From positions 22,413 to 86,412 of the forward strand of contig MU053404.1 of the NCBI GenBank assembly GCA_013239625.1: a stretch of DNA of 64,000 nt, written 5' to 3'. Within the stretch, counting starts at the first letter, position 1. Each line of letters opens with the position of its first letter. Shown here piece after piece: positions 24,031 through 36,769 of the stretch. Made by a program: the position numbers and the translations under genes. The DNA is from Lama guanicoe. Lineage: Eukaryota. A model generated the notes under the pieces. It was not told the origin of the DNA. It did not search any database and saw only the letters and a list, made by a program, of their open reading frames with translations.

Positions 24031-25359
24031 TAATTATGATCTTAATGTAAAGATATTCTAATGGTATAAAAGAAGCCTTGAATAACTGAGGAAATACACT
24101 TTAATCCAGATTGGGAAAGTCAAGAGGTCAAAGGTGTTAATTCTTCCTACATTTGTACACTGATGCTGTATTAGTTGAACTTTATAAACAGATGTTTTTC
24201 AAATAATCTGGAGGGATGGTTGTATGAGAGGAAGCAGCCGCAGGAATGAGTAAGGCTGGGACAGGCCAATGCTAGGGAAAGAAGAGTAGCAAGAAAGACC
24301 TTGACAACCACGTATGAACTTGCAATACCACAGTGATTAACCAGTGCAGCGGAGAGTCCAACAACAGACCCCAGGCTCTAAGGATATTTAGCAGACAGTG
24401 AAGGGGTCATTTCATATCAGTGGGGAAAGACTCAATGAACCTATCCATTCAAAAATAAAAAAGGTTCTTTTCAGGCTCATTACAACACCCATTCAACAAG
24501 ATTATTTGAAGCCACACAGATTCACTAACGGAGGGTAGTTAAGTCCAGTTTGTTCCTTCCATTCAAAGGAATTTTGTGCAATCTAGAGAAAAGAGGAGAA
24601 AGATCTATATTGAATGCCCTGTAAAGAGGTCCACCCACATTATTAAGTGAAAAGAGCAGGATATAGAGCTTTAAGGATAGCATCATTCCATTTTTACAAA
24701 TACATATTGGGAATGGAAAAAATTGATCACAACTATATTCTAAATGTCAATAATGATTATCTCTGAATGGTGAACTTGTGGGTAATTTGAATGTTTGTAC
24801 TTTCTAATTTTTCAATAAGTGTGCATTATTACTGCATTATGGAAAAAGCTGTGTAAAGGTATAAACTGAGTAAATGGAGTGTCTTCCTCCTTCCAGCAAT
24901 GCAGAGGGCGAGGCTGGTTCAGGCTTACGTCCGAGAGGGCAAAGGGCTTCATTCAGTCCGTCAGGGAGACCCTTCCAAATGAGCCAGGTCTCTTTCTCAA
25001 CTAACTTCATTTCATGTATTTGTTGGTGGTGGTCCAACATCCTACCTCATCTCTATGATTTTTCTAAACAGAGCCTATTCCCTCAGATTTGAGTTTTAAA
25101 AGTTGCTCCCTTTTTGTTGGTTTATTTGTCAAAATTGGCCTCCAGTAACTCTCTCAACCTCTACCAGTTGCTCTGGAACAAACTCAGTGTTAAAGGGACA
25201 AAACTTCTTAATTCATATTTTCATTTTATTTGAATAGTTTCTTTCTATAACACTAATCTTCCTGGTCTTCCTCTTTTTTTTTTTTTGGCTCTTTTCCTGC
25301 CCATCTGTCCATCCCACCTTAGAGATACCCTTCCCCCTTGAAATGATTTGTTACTTTTG

Positions 25360-25610
25360 AGAGGCAGTAGCTCAAGTCATAGCCTGCCTAGGTTCAAATC
25401 TCAGCTCTGACATTCAATAGCTGTGTGCCGCTGGGAAAGTTACTTAACCTCTCTGAGGTTCAGTGTCTTAATCCGTAATTTGTAAATCTGTATCTACCTC
25501 ACTGGTTGTTAAAAGGATTGAATGAGTTAATAGATGTCAGTCACTTAGAACAGAGGCCTGGCACGTGGGAATCACGATACAAGTACCAGCTATTATCGTT
25601 TTTATTTTAC
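25360..25610 (+). mobile_element. MIR SINE
   Basis: 'ggttcaaatctcagctctgac...aagttacttaacctctctgaggttcag...ggattgaatgagttaata...cacttagaacagaggcctggcac'. Confidence 0.8.
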
Positions 25611-25734
25611 TCTCCTTCCTAAGCCAGTCCCTGGTCCGACTTCATCATATTCACTTTCCACTTGCAGTAACCACCATACCTCTTGGAAGCAGTGAGCGGA
25701 ACCATGACATTCATCGAGGCCAGAGGAAGGGATC

Positions 25735-26681
25735 TCACTTGAGGGGCTGTCTCCCTGTGAGCACCCTCCACAGGGCGCCCTGCACATCAGGGTTCCGGAG
25801 GCTGTAGATGACTGGGTTCAGCACGGGGCTGATGACAGTGTTGAGGATGCCAATCCCCTTGTCCTTGTCCGAAGCCTCCATGAGCCCAGCCTTATGTAGC
25901 TGAAGACACCTGTGCCATAGAAGATGCCCACCACGGTGAGGTGGGAGCCACACGTGGAGAAGGCTTTCTTCCTGCCCTCTGCAGAGCGGATCTGCAGGAC
26001 TGCAGCTGCCACATGTGCATAGGACACAGCGATGAGGACCAAGGGGGCCACACCCATGAAGGCTGCTGCTACAAAGAGCAACTGCTCATTGACTTGGGTG
26101 CTGGAGCAGGAGAGCTGGAAGAGCTGTGGGAGGTCACAGTAGAAGTGGTTGATCACACTGGGACCACAAAATTTAACAGTAGATAAGGCAACAGTTTGTG
26201 TCAGTGCATTGGTGAAGGAAAAGGCACAGGACATGTCCGCCAGGGCTTGCTGGGTTCCCCAGCTCATACAGGCGCTGTAGGTGAGCAGCTGACAGATGGC
26301 CAGATAGCGGTCATAGGCCGTGACGGTCAGCAGGAAGCAGTCCACCCCAGCCAGGAGATGGAAGAAGAAGAGTTGTGAGAGGCAGGATTTATAGGGGATG
26401 CTTCTGTGACTGGGCATGAAATGCCTCAGCATGGCAGGGACAGTGACACTGATGCAGCCGACATCCAGCAGGGACAAATTCCCCAGGAAGAAGTACATGG
26501 GGGTGTAGAGTTTGGGTTCAGTGAAGATGGCAGCCAGGATGCTGAAATTGCCACCCACAGTAGCTATGTAAGCAAACAGGAAGATGATGAAGAGGATGTG
26601 CTTCAGAGCTGGAGTCTCCGTCAGGCCCAGCAGGACAAACTGGGTGACAACCGAATCATTTCCCGAGGCTCCCAGACCCAT
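25735..26681 (-). pseudogene. OR3A4: Olfactory receptor pseudogene, OR3A4-like
   Basis: N-terminus [19 protein letters not shown] resembles OR3A4. A 1-bp deletion at ~25881 (GS[V]EASDK) shifts the frame before TM7; the shifted frame ends [26 protein letters not shown]. Splice acceptor ctgcag just upstream of 26694. Confidence 0.88.
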
Positions 26682-27864
26682 GGCTCTCTTCCACCTGCAG
26701 GAGAACTGAACTGAGCAAAGCTAGAAGGTGCCAATGGTGGCAAAGTGCAGCAAAGTCCAGGAGAGGGCCGGGAGGTAAGGACACATAACATTTAATAGAG
26801 TTAAAGACTGAGACATGATAAGAAAAGACTTAATACATCTGATTCTTCCATTGTCACTTATCTCAAGGCATTTTTTTAAATTTCTTCTTTGATTTCATCA
26901 TTGACCCATTGGTTTCGAGTAGCAGGTTGTTTAGTCTCCAATATATCTGACTCTTAATGGGTCGGAACAGGGCATTGGACAGACTCAAACAGAGATCGAT
27001 GAATTGACATAAAAAGGGAAGCAAATGTAATCTTTTAAAGTGAAGGGGGAAGATTATTTTTCCTGAAACCAAAATGCCAAGAAGAAAATTCCAAGCCATG
27101 GTGGCGTGGCCACAATTTGGGTATGTAAGTTCCCAGGGGATGGAATGGAGGCTTCAGAGGAAGGGTAGGGGAAAGCGGACTCCCCTCAGCCCTGTGTCCC
27201 TGCAGTCTGCATGTACACTTGTCAACATACGTGATGGCAGTGGTCAGATGCCTACAATCGCCCAGACTATAAAGAGATGAACCTGTGAAGCCATGAGACT
27301 TAGCCTGGACTTTTCAGGAAAAAAGCTGTGAAACTGAATGAGGGGATATCATTGAGCACATTTCCAGCTCCATAGATGGTGACTACCAGCCTTTTAGAAG
27401 TTCTAAATAAGTAGATTATATTGCGTTTTTCCATATAGAGTCTAGGAAATTTGGGCTCCATTGTACTGACCTTTCACTGAATAAGAAAAATGTAAAAGGA
27501 GCTTTTGAACAGCATGAGTTTCCAGGCTTAAGCTCCAGGTGGGTTTAGTGGATACCTCCTGAGCTGCCTCCCTAGATGCCCAGTGAACCTCTCTCTCACA
27601 TGCCAGATAAGCAGATACCAGAACCGAGTTTCCTTCTGCTTCCAACTCCACCATCACTTGCCTTTTTGCTCTTCTGTTTCTTGAGTCAAATTGCACATCA
27701 TCCAACACACATCCTATCATGGATCTGATGAGCAAATAAGGCTTTTACGATGCTGTGACCTGCACACACACACATGTGATCACTGAGATAATGCTCTCCT
27801 TCCCCCAGCCCTCAGTGGTCATATCAATAAAACACACAGTGATCCACCTTGACCTCCGGCTGAG

Positions 27865-27985
27865 GGATAGATATTTAAATCACTCACGTGGAGTCTACTC
27901 CCAACAGGAAGAGGCTGGAGTTGGAGCTCCCCAGGGAGCAAAAGGCTTGAGCAGAGGAAAATGTTTTCTGATAATTAATGTTTAG
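27865..27985 (-). promoter_or_regulatory. Candidate promoter of the OR3A4-like locus
   Basis: Perfect O/E site TCCCCAGGGA at 27928-27937, homeodomain ATAATTAAT at ~27971 and AT-rich ATTTAAAT at ~27873, about 1.2 kb upstream of the ATG. Confidence 0.4.
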
Positions 27986-29773
27986 AATAATGTCCTAAAG
28001 TCCACAACGGGTTAACTGCACCATCTAATGGTTTAGTTTTTTCTGCATGGACATGTTCTGACCATCACCCTAGTCTCTCCAGATCTGAACTGGTCTTCAT
28101 TCTCAATCTGCTCTTGACTTAACTATTTTGCTAACAGCCTTGCCCTCCTCCAGGTAGGAGGTTTTAAACCTGAGTTATCACTGACTCCTCCCTGTCCCTA
28201 ACCCACACATTCAAGCAGCCGCATCCAACTGGATCTTTCAGGAGAAGGGAGAAGCCATTCCAGAGCCCACAGGATGAACTTCACTTGACTTATGGAAACC
28301 AAGTTGGGAGCGTGCAGCGAGGGGCCTTGGGATGACACTTACCAAGTCAAGGGGCAGAAACTTCCTGGGCAAAGAGGAGGGACAGTCATGCTGGCCCACA
28401 GACCTCCACATCGGAGTAGCTTATAAAGAACAGAAAGACAAAGGGACAAACAACTCAGCTGACATCATCCTCACTCTGGGATTTTTCTACACCCGATTGT
28501 TACCCCTGGGGGCCTCAAAAATTAGCATCTTCCAGGGGGAGCCAGGGCCAGATAAATACTTGGCTTTGCCACAGACATAATTATCTTTAGTTTCTTTTAA
28601 ATGTTTTGGATTTTCTCAAAATGTTTTCAAGTATGACCTTCATGGATAAGGCAAAATTCATTTATTTAACAGAAATATTTTTGAGCACTTGCTATGGACT
28701 GGCATTTGTTATCAGCACTTCATGGAGTTAAAATGAATCTCAGAAAGTCTTAAAATGCAGTAAAGGTCACAGTGTTTTGGGGATGGAGTTGATACTTTGG
28801 ATTTCTGGTTTAGCCCCACCTACTATCTTGGGAGGGGAGGAGCAGGGACTTGTGACATCCTTGCTTTGCCTGCAATGTGGGGCTGAGAGGTGGGTGGAGC
28901 CTGGGGCAAGATTTGCCTCATCTCATCCCCTCCATCATCTCACAAGGTCACCTCACATCTCCCATCACAGCTCATTATAACCATCCTCAAACCCAGCTTC
29001 CCTGCTAGTCTCAAACAAATAACCTGCCCTTTCTCTGCTCTGTAGTATAATCCAGCCCCTCTAGCAGCCTGACCCTAAATGTTTTCTAGCCTCATGTCCC
29101 CAACACTATAGAGGAAAATAAAGATTTGGAATAACTTCTAGACTGGGACTGCTCTACTTTTGCTAACTCCTCAAAGAGGCCTTAGGCATCAACTAAAACC
29201 ATTAACAATTCTTTGTTAATTAAGGGAGCTTTCCCCCTGGCTCTCATCAGCAAGTTTGAGAGAAGTTCTTTGCAGGATCAATGGAAGAGCCTCACAGTGT
29301 CTCAAGACTGCCATATGGCAAGGAGTTGGCAGGGAATTAGGATGAGCTGAGAACTCTGTTGACAGCTGTCCACGGAAGGGAACCTCTGGGTTCCGGAGCC
29401 CAAATGGAACCCTTTCCTGCACATTCTCCTGCTGACAGAGCAAAGGCTGTGTTCTCCCCCTGGAAGGTCTTCTTTTCTCACACCCTGTTAACTCAGGAAA
29501 CTCTGTCCATGAAGATTTGTGCCAGGTCTTCTCTCTTGCAGGAAATCATGCATGCACCCCTGGGCTGGCTTGGGTGTCCTGCCTCTATACTCCCATAGCA
29601 ACCTAAAGGCAATGCATGCTGATGACCCTCCATTTTTATTTCCATCCCAGATGCTAAGCTGTTGATTCTCATACCTAACTGTGTGTTGGATATTTGTACA
29701 TGAACATCCTGCAGGAACCTCAGGTTCAACAGGCACAAAACCAAATCATGTTTCCCCCTATTTACAAAAGGTG

Positions 29774-29802
29774 CACACACACACACACACACATACACAC
29801 AC
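29774..29802. repeat. (CA)n microsatellite
   Basis: Directly visible. Confidence 0.9.
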
Positions 29803-31079
29803 AATCTTTTTGTTTGTTTACACAAGGCATGATATTGAATACAATTTTATTTGCAACTTTTTTCTCCTTTTTTGAGTTTAATATAATGTATGCTTCAAAA
29901 TTTTGTGACTTTCTAATATTCTATCATTTGCATTTGCCAACATTTACTTAACCACTGGGTATTTAGTTTCCAATTTTCCACCATTATAAATAATAATGCA
30001 ACCCAGTCCCTGCATCTCTGAGTTTTGTCCTATGTCCTGAGTAGTTTGTAGCCCCAATTTGTGCAAGGATCTTGTCTCATCCATTGCTAGTCTACATTTT
30101 CAAGACTGGATTCCTTGTCATCTCATGAAGAAAGTGCAGGTTGCTTATGTTTTATCTAAGGGACAGGGGAAACAAGTATTCTTCCTTCCCCCCCCACTCA
30201 TATTCTTCTCCTATATCCTTATTTTGAGAGGAGTTACCAGCTCCAGGGCACATCGGCTTGTTTGTTAACAGACGTTACTTTAACTCAGTTTACTATCAAG
30301 GAGAAGAAAAAAGATTCATTATGTAAGCATGCGGCAATTCAAAGCCCTCATGAAATAGAGATCAGCTGGTAGGAAAACAGCTTTGCTTGCATTTTTAGAC
30401 CATTTAATTTATACTGGGACTGATGGTGACAGATGCTAATGATGACAATTGCACCATATTTACTTTAAGGTGGTAGTGATACAGATGTGACTCAACAGGA
30501 TGACCTTGCTGCAATGCCCGACTTCAGCTCCCCGCAGAGCTGAAAAAGTCTACAGTATCTTTCTGATTATTTTTATTTCATTAATAGTACTTTGCACGTC
30601 CACTTTTATTTTTAATGTATTTTATAAGTAAAATACTTATATACAAATGTGATATATGCAGTGGTATTTTCAGCTTGAGAATGAAAGTTAATTCGCCTTA
30701 GAATTGAGAAGATGGCAGTGATGGGAGGGTCCCACGGAGGTCCATTTACGGGAGGGACGGTGGAGCTTCTGGGAGGAGGGCAGAGTCCAAGGACAATGGG
30801 TAGAATGTCAGAGGGCATCTCATCTCCAGGTGCCATTCCCTCCCTAGCCTCACCTCCAGACTCATCCTAGGTCAAATAAGAGAGAGTTGCAGCAAAGCTA
30901 TGGTGAATATAAATTTTCTTTATTATTCCTTTATTGGTAGGTATGTAAGTTACTTAAAATTTCCCTCATTTTTGCTCTTCCACCTTTCGGACAGATTCCT
31001 AGAAGTGGTTACAAAGGTTATAAAAACTAGTATATTTGATAACAAGATGTTTAGCCAGGTCCTCTATTTAATGGCAGAC

Positions 31080-32310
31080 TATTTTCCCCTAACATTTTAT
31101 TGTAAAACTTTTCAAGCATATAATAATAAAGTTCAAATAATTATACAGGGAACACCCACATGCCCATCATGTGGATTTTGCCATTATATTTGGTCTTTAT
31201 AAATGAGATCGCTCAATAGTTATTCTTCTTTGACCTGTGTGTTTCACTCATTATTATGTTTGTGTCATTCGCCTATTAGTATCCACAACTGTTGCTCGGT
31301 TACTTTTTAAGGTTGTTTAGCATTGCATGGGATGAACACACCACAGTTTATCATTTCTTTTCTGTTTGAAGGTATTTTGCTTCTGTGAACACTCCGGTAC
31401 ACACCTGTTGGTGCACACATGCAAGAATTTCTCTATGGCCGCTAATTAGAAATGGAATTCATGCACCTTCAGATTTAAAGGATAAAATCAAATTGTTTCT
31501 GAAAGTTCTTGTACCACTTTATGGTCTTACCAGTTGTGTACAATATTTTTTAAAACTCTATATTCTCATCAAAACTTGTTACCTCATTTCTTCATTCAGA
31601 CCAATACAGTGAACATGAAATGGTGTCTCCAGTGTGATTTTAATTTGCATTTTCTAGATCACAAATAGGGCTGAACTTCCTTTCCTAAATTCCCTTCCTC
31701 TTCTGTGAAATCCTCCTTCATGTCTTTAACCTATTTTCTGTTGGATCCCTTGTATTTTTCTTGTTGGTTGCAGAAGTTTTAGATATATTTTGGATACTCC
31801 AGGACAGCTATATGTGATGCAAATGTCTTTGCATTTGTAACTGTCTTTTCACTTTTAAAAAGTTGCCCTATGATGAATAGAGATTTTAAATTTTAATGCA
31901 AGCAAATTTCTCAGTCTTTTAAAAATGATCAATGCTTGTTGGACTTCTTTAAGAATGATTGAGCTCCTAGAAGATCATGAAGATATTCCATAGACTATTT
32001 CCACAGTTTGACATTTTTAATCTTCAGTATAAGTATCTTGTCCACCTGAAACTGAGTTTCGTGCACGGAGTGAGAAAGATGGCTAACGTCACTTTGCCCT
32101 GTGGATATCCGATTGCCCCAGCATTGTTCACTGAAAGGCCTGTCCCTTCCCCTACTGCTCTGTTGGCTCCCCCATGTCACATACCAAATTCCCACATATT
32201 ATTTCCAGATTCTCTAATTTGTTCTTTTGGTTCATTTCTCTAATTTTGCTCAAAAATAGGACACAGTCTTAATGACTGTACCTTTGAAACATGTTATGAT
32301 GCCTTGTGGG
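31080..32310 (-). mobile_element. Old L1 (L1ME/MB-type) 3' region
   Basis: 'tgtgattttaatttgcatttt', 'ttgccccagcattgttcactgaaagg' and similar antisense L1M phrases. Confidence 0.7.
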
Positions 32311-32719
32311 GCAGACAGGAGCTGTTTTAGTGAGACAGTAAGAGAGACATACTCTGGATGGTAGCAGCTTTTAATTAGAATTAGAGTCCGGAGGTGAGGA
32401 CTGGGTGGGGGCAGGATGAGCACAGCTTTGACGTGGATTCTTGGGCTCATCCACTGCATGACAGACACCAGGCACGTTGTAAGACGGACAGCAAGCATCT
32501 GAAGGTGAAAATAAGCCACTAATCTTTCCCAATTGACTAATATCCTGTAAGTGGATATTACCTGACCAAAAAGGAGCTGGAAAAGGTTGGCACTAACATC
32601 AGAGTACATCTCGATGGCAGAGACAGAGTCACAGGGGTGTAGATGTGGCAACAGTTACTTTCCGAAGTAGTTGGAAGAAGTGAGGATGGAAAGTTTTATA
32701 GGAAGTTGGTAAAACCACA

Positions 32720-33120
32720 TTACGGGGTTTGAATTCCAGCTCCAGTTACATCCTAGATGTACGACATTGCTAAGCCTCAGTTTCCTCCTCTGCAAAGTGG
32801 GGCAAATAACGAAGCTACATCAAAGAGTTATTAGGAAGATCAACTAAGCTAATGTACTAAAATGCAGAAAATATTAATGATTGCTATTTTAGTATTATTA
32901 ATATTTGCTGATTCCCTGCCAAGGACTTGCAGCATGCTATTTCCTTTTTAAGTCTCAGACCGACTCTGAGTGGTCCAGATATTGTTCTCATTTCACAGAT
33001 GAGGAAACTGAAGCCCACAGGTGTTCAGCAGCGGGTCCTAAGTCACACCACTGATAGCTGGACAAATGAGTCTGAGTGGAGACCACGTCCATGCTTTTCA
33101 ATACTGCACCAGGCTGCCCT
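32720..33120. mobile_element. Two MIR SINEs in opposite orientation
   Basis: 'gcctcagtttcctcctctgcaaagtgggg' (+) and 'catttcacagatgaggaaactgaagccc' (-). Confidence 0.75.
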
Positions 33121-33224
33121 GGCAGATATGAGGAGTAGGGGGTCCTACAGCTAAGGAAGTGTAAGCTCTCCATTATGGTGGGCATAACACAACTCGGTTC
33201 GTCTATTGCCACTTTCAGAATCAT

Positions 33225-33927
33225 TAGGGGACCCCCAAGATGCGGTCCCAGTGGCCCCTACTAACAAGGTCTTGAGGGAGAAGGCACTGCATTCTGAGGG
33301 CTCATTAGGGCACTGAGTTTGCAGCAGGCTTCTGCCCCTTGCCTTCTTTCTTGTGCCTCCTCTCATCCCCAGCTCTAGGCAGGCCTGGAAGTCAGCAGCT
33401 CTCTGCTCAAAGCTCTTCTTTCTTTAAGCCAGGGGTCTGGGAGAGCAAAGCTCTCGGTCTGGACTCTGGTCCAGTTCCAGCTCCACCATTCGCTTCCATG
33501 GGTGACTTTAGGAACCTCTCAGGACCTCATTGCCCTGAGTGTGTGATGAACGTGATTAATAACCCCTTCTAGTTACCCCACGGAGCCAGTATGAGCGGTG
33601 GAGAAGAGTTGGCCTTTTGTGAGAAAATCAAAAGCATCGCAAAGCCATGAAGCATCATTACTGGACTCACCAGAGACCTGGGCTTGTTTACTGGTCTGTG
33701 GCTCCCCAAGCCCTCGACCCTCCCTGGGAGGGCTAATTTCTGAGGTCCCCAGGGATGGCACTGCAATGGGCAGCACCTCACAACAGAGCTGATCTCACCT
33801 CTCTCTCTCACCCGTTTCCTTATATGTGGCCCCTTCCTTGCTCTCCGGGGCTAGGGCCCGCACAGAGCTGCGCCTGCTTCATTTCCTCCATCAGAACCCG
33901 CTCTGGCTTCTGCACCTGTAACAAGGT
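33225..33927 (+). promoter_or_regulatory. Promoter and non-coding exon 1 of the OR3A1-like locus
   Basis: O/E site TCCCCAGGGA at 33746-33755, TAATTT at 33734, a TATA-like cttatat, and donor aag|GTGAGC at 33926. Homologous to 41345-42035. Confidence 0.6.
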
Positions 33928-35180
33928 GAGCGTGCTCCCGGGTGCCCCTTCTGCTCTCTGCTCTTTTTTCTTCCATCATTTAAGCATTTAATTTTTATTT
34001 TGCCTAAAGCTTTTAGAGTAATGAGAAATACTTGAAGTAACAAAGGCCATTGCTTTCCTTGCTCCTGATTTTAATAGAAAAATCACTACTAATTCACCAT
34101 CATGAATGATTCAGATCTGCAGCAGACGTGGCCTGCCACGTGAAATGGTGTAACTACACACCCACTTCAAGTAACTACACACATTTTTTCTCTTTTTTCT
34201 CTACTTCAGGAATGTATGTCAATGTTTGTGAACTGCCTTTTTAGAAAATGTTCCTCTTTTTAAGCCAACATATATGCTATCGTATATTAATAGATTTACT
34301 AATATTAAACAATCCTCTCCTATAAAATTTATTAGATAATGGTGGATTCCTGTATTGTATTTAGGATTTTTCCATACATTATTATCCAATGAGGGTGGTG
34401 TAGAACAATTCCTTTTTTTTTTTTTTGCTATCATTGTTACATTTTAGCATCAGGATTTGCTAACTTCAAAGATATAAAATAGAAGGCTTTCATTTTTTTC
34501 TAAGTTAAGAAAAGTTTATATTACATTATAATTCTTAAAAAAAATTTGTCTAAGAAGTATATGAGCTTGGAGCCTACAAGTGGAAGTACATGATCTACTA
34601 CTTTTTCCTTTTTATTTTCAGTTATAGCTAGTTTATTTATTCACTGTTTGAACTTAGGAGCAGATAGTATTCCAAGATTATTTGATTACTTTTTGAACTT
34701 TTCAATTCCTAATTTTGTGTATCTTTACATTTTTCTTGCTTAGATATTGGCCAGATATGTATTTCTTTACATTTAAAGGACTTCTGTTCAATTCTGTCCC
34801 TTTCTGTTTGACTATCTGTCCGCTTTCACTTTAGCATTATGTTTTCCCCAATCTTCTCCTACAGGTTGTTGGTGGGAGGACTTCTTTGCTCGATTCTAGG
34901 GAACAAAGGAAGAAAGGGTTTATGTACCTTCATGAGGAAGAGGGGAAGTCCAAGGTAGTCGTGGCATCAGGCAACTCACCTGGAAGCTGGGTAAGGACTA
35001 TAGGTGAAGACAGAGAGGGTTAATGAGTGAGGTGTGGCCTGAGAGGGAAAATAGCCCCAGGACACGTGGGGATTTACCCTGGGTCTTGACATGTGCAAGT
35101 GAGTCAATTATATTCTTACCGAACAACTAAATTGGGAGGACTGATCCCTTCTGCTATGGGATGTCTTCTTACAGGGACCC

Positions 35181-36104
35181 ATGGAGCCAGAACCTGGGGC
35201 CAATGGAACAGCTGTTACTGAGTTCGTCCTGCTGGGCTTGGTGGAGACACCAAGACTTCCTCTTTGCCTACCTGGTCACGGTCGGGGGCAACCTCAGCAT
35301 CCTGGCAGCCATCTTGGTGGAGCCCAAACTCCACACCCCCATGTACTTCTTCCTGGGGAACCTATCAGTGCTGGACATTGGGTGCATCACCGTCACCGTT
35401 CCCTCCATGTTGGTTCATCTCTTGTCCCACAAGCACACAGTTCCCTATGCAGCCTGCCTCACGCAGCTTTTCTTTTTCCATCAGCTGGTTGGGGTGGACT
35501 GCTTCCTGTTGACAGCCATGGCCTATGACCGATTCCTGGCCATCTGCCGGCCCCTCACCTACAGCACCCACATGGGCCAGACAGTCCAGAGGATACTGGT
35601 GGCTGTGTCCTGGGCTTGTGCCTTCAGCAATGCACTGACCCACACTGTAGCCATATCCACACTCCACTTCTGTGGCCCCAATGTGATCAACCACTTCTAT
35701 TGTGACCTCCCACAGCTCTTCCAGCTCTCCTGCTCCAGCACCCAACTCAATAAGCTGCTGCTCTTCGGTGTGGGCTTCATAATGGCAGGTAACCCATGGC
35801 TCTCGTTGTCACCTCCTACGCCCACGTGGCAGCTGCGGTTCTCCGAATTCGCTCATCAGAAGGCAGGAGGAAGGCCTTCTCCACGTGTGGCTCCCATCTC
35901 ACTGCGGTCTGCCTCTTCTATGGGACTGGTATCTTCAACTACATGTGACTGGGTTCAGCCAAGCTTTCAGATAAGGATAAAGCTGTTGAAATTTTTAACA
36001 CTGTCATCAACCCCATGCTGAATCCAATCATCTACAGCCTCCGGAACCCTGATGTCCAGGGTGCCCTCCGGCGGGTGCTCCTGGGGAGGCGATCACTGGC
36101 TTGA
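35181..36104 (+). pseudogene. OR3A1: Olfactory receptor pseudogene, OR3A1-like
   Basis: [10 protein letters not shown]... with C-terminus [11 protein letters not shown]...GRRSLA*. Lesions: 23-bp deletion at 35255/35256 (relative to the paralog at 44580), 1-bp deletion at ~35793, and TGA at 35946-35948. 924+24 = 948 nt. Acceptor ttcttacag ends at 35174. Confidence 0.9.
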
Positions 36105-36769
36105 TGACAACTCGTGTCACTTTTTCCCTTTCTCTTTTTGGACTAAAGGAGAAATTCTCTGGGGCCAAAAACTAAGACAAATGGTCCAGAACCAGTTCTA
36201 CTTCCCTGAGCACTGGATTTTTTTTGTAGAAGATAATCGTTATTGTTTCTCAAAGAAGTCCTGCCCAGTTATAGGCAACGGGTCTGTAGGCTCTGCTAGG
36301 TCAGCCCCCTTGACAAATTACAACGTCAGTCACTGCAAGCTTCCCGTCTGGGTAGAAGTGAAACCTGGAGGCTTTGAATGCTCACAGGTGCACGTCCTAC
36401 AGGGAATGACTCTTGGTTGTCTATAGCCTGGGTTCCCCCAAATACACAAGCAATCCCATCAGGTGGGCCTCTGATTCCGTCAAGTTCAGGCATGGTTGGT
36501 CTGTTTATAAAACATAGGTCCTGCGATCAGGGTTATTTTATTTCTCCCATGAGGCTTCTCCAAGCCCAAAAGAGCAACTCACTCCTCTCTTATCACACAA
36601 GATGCCGCAGAATATAGAGAGGACACATGGGAGGCTGAATGGTCACGTGTTCTCTAGCAAATCTGGAGAGCATGAGCCCCCTGTGCAAAACTTTAAGACT
36701 CCATTAATGTATATGATAAATCTTACAGCACAAAACTGAAATTTCCTCATCTTCAAATATTTTAAAAGA

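Noticed and set aside
35161..36021. 286-aa ORF from an upstream ATG that appears to rescue the frame after the 23-bp deletion
   Set aside because: The ATG lies upstream of the predicted splice acceptor (35174), so it is intronic. The product lacks a normal N-terminus and TM1 and frameshifts again in TM5.
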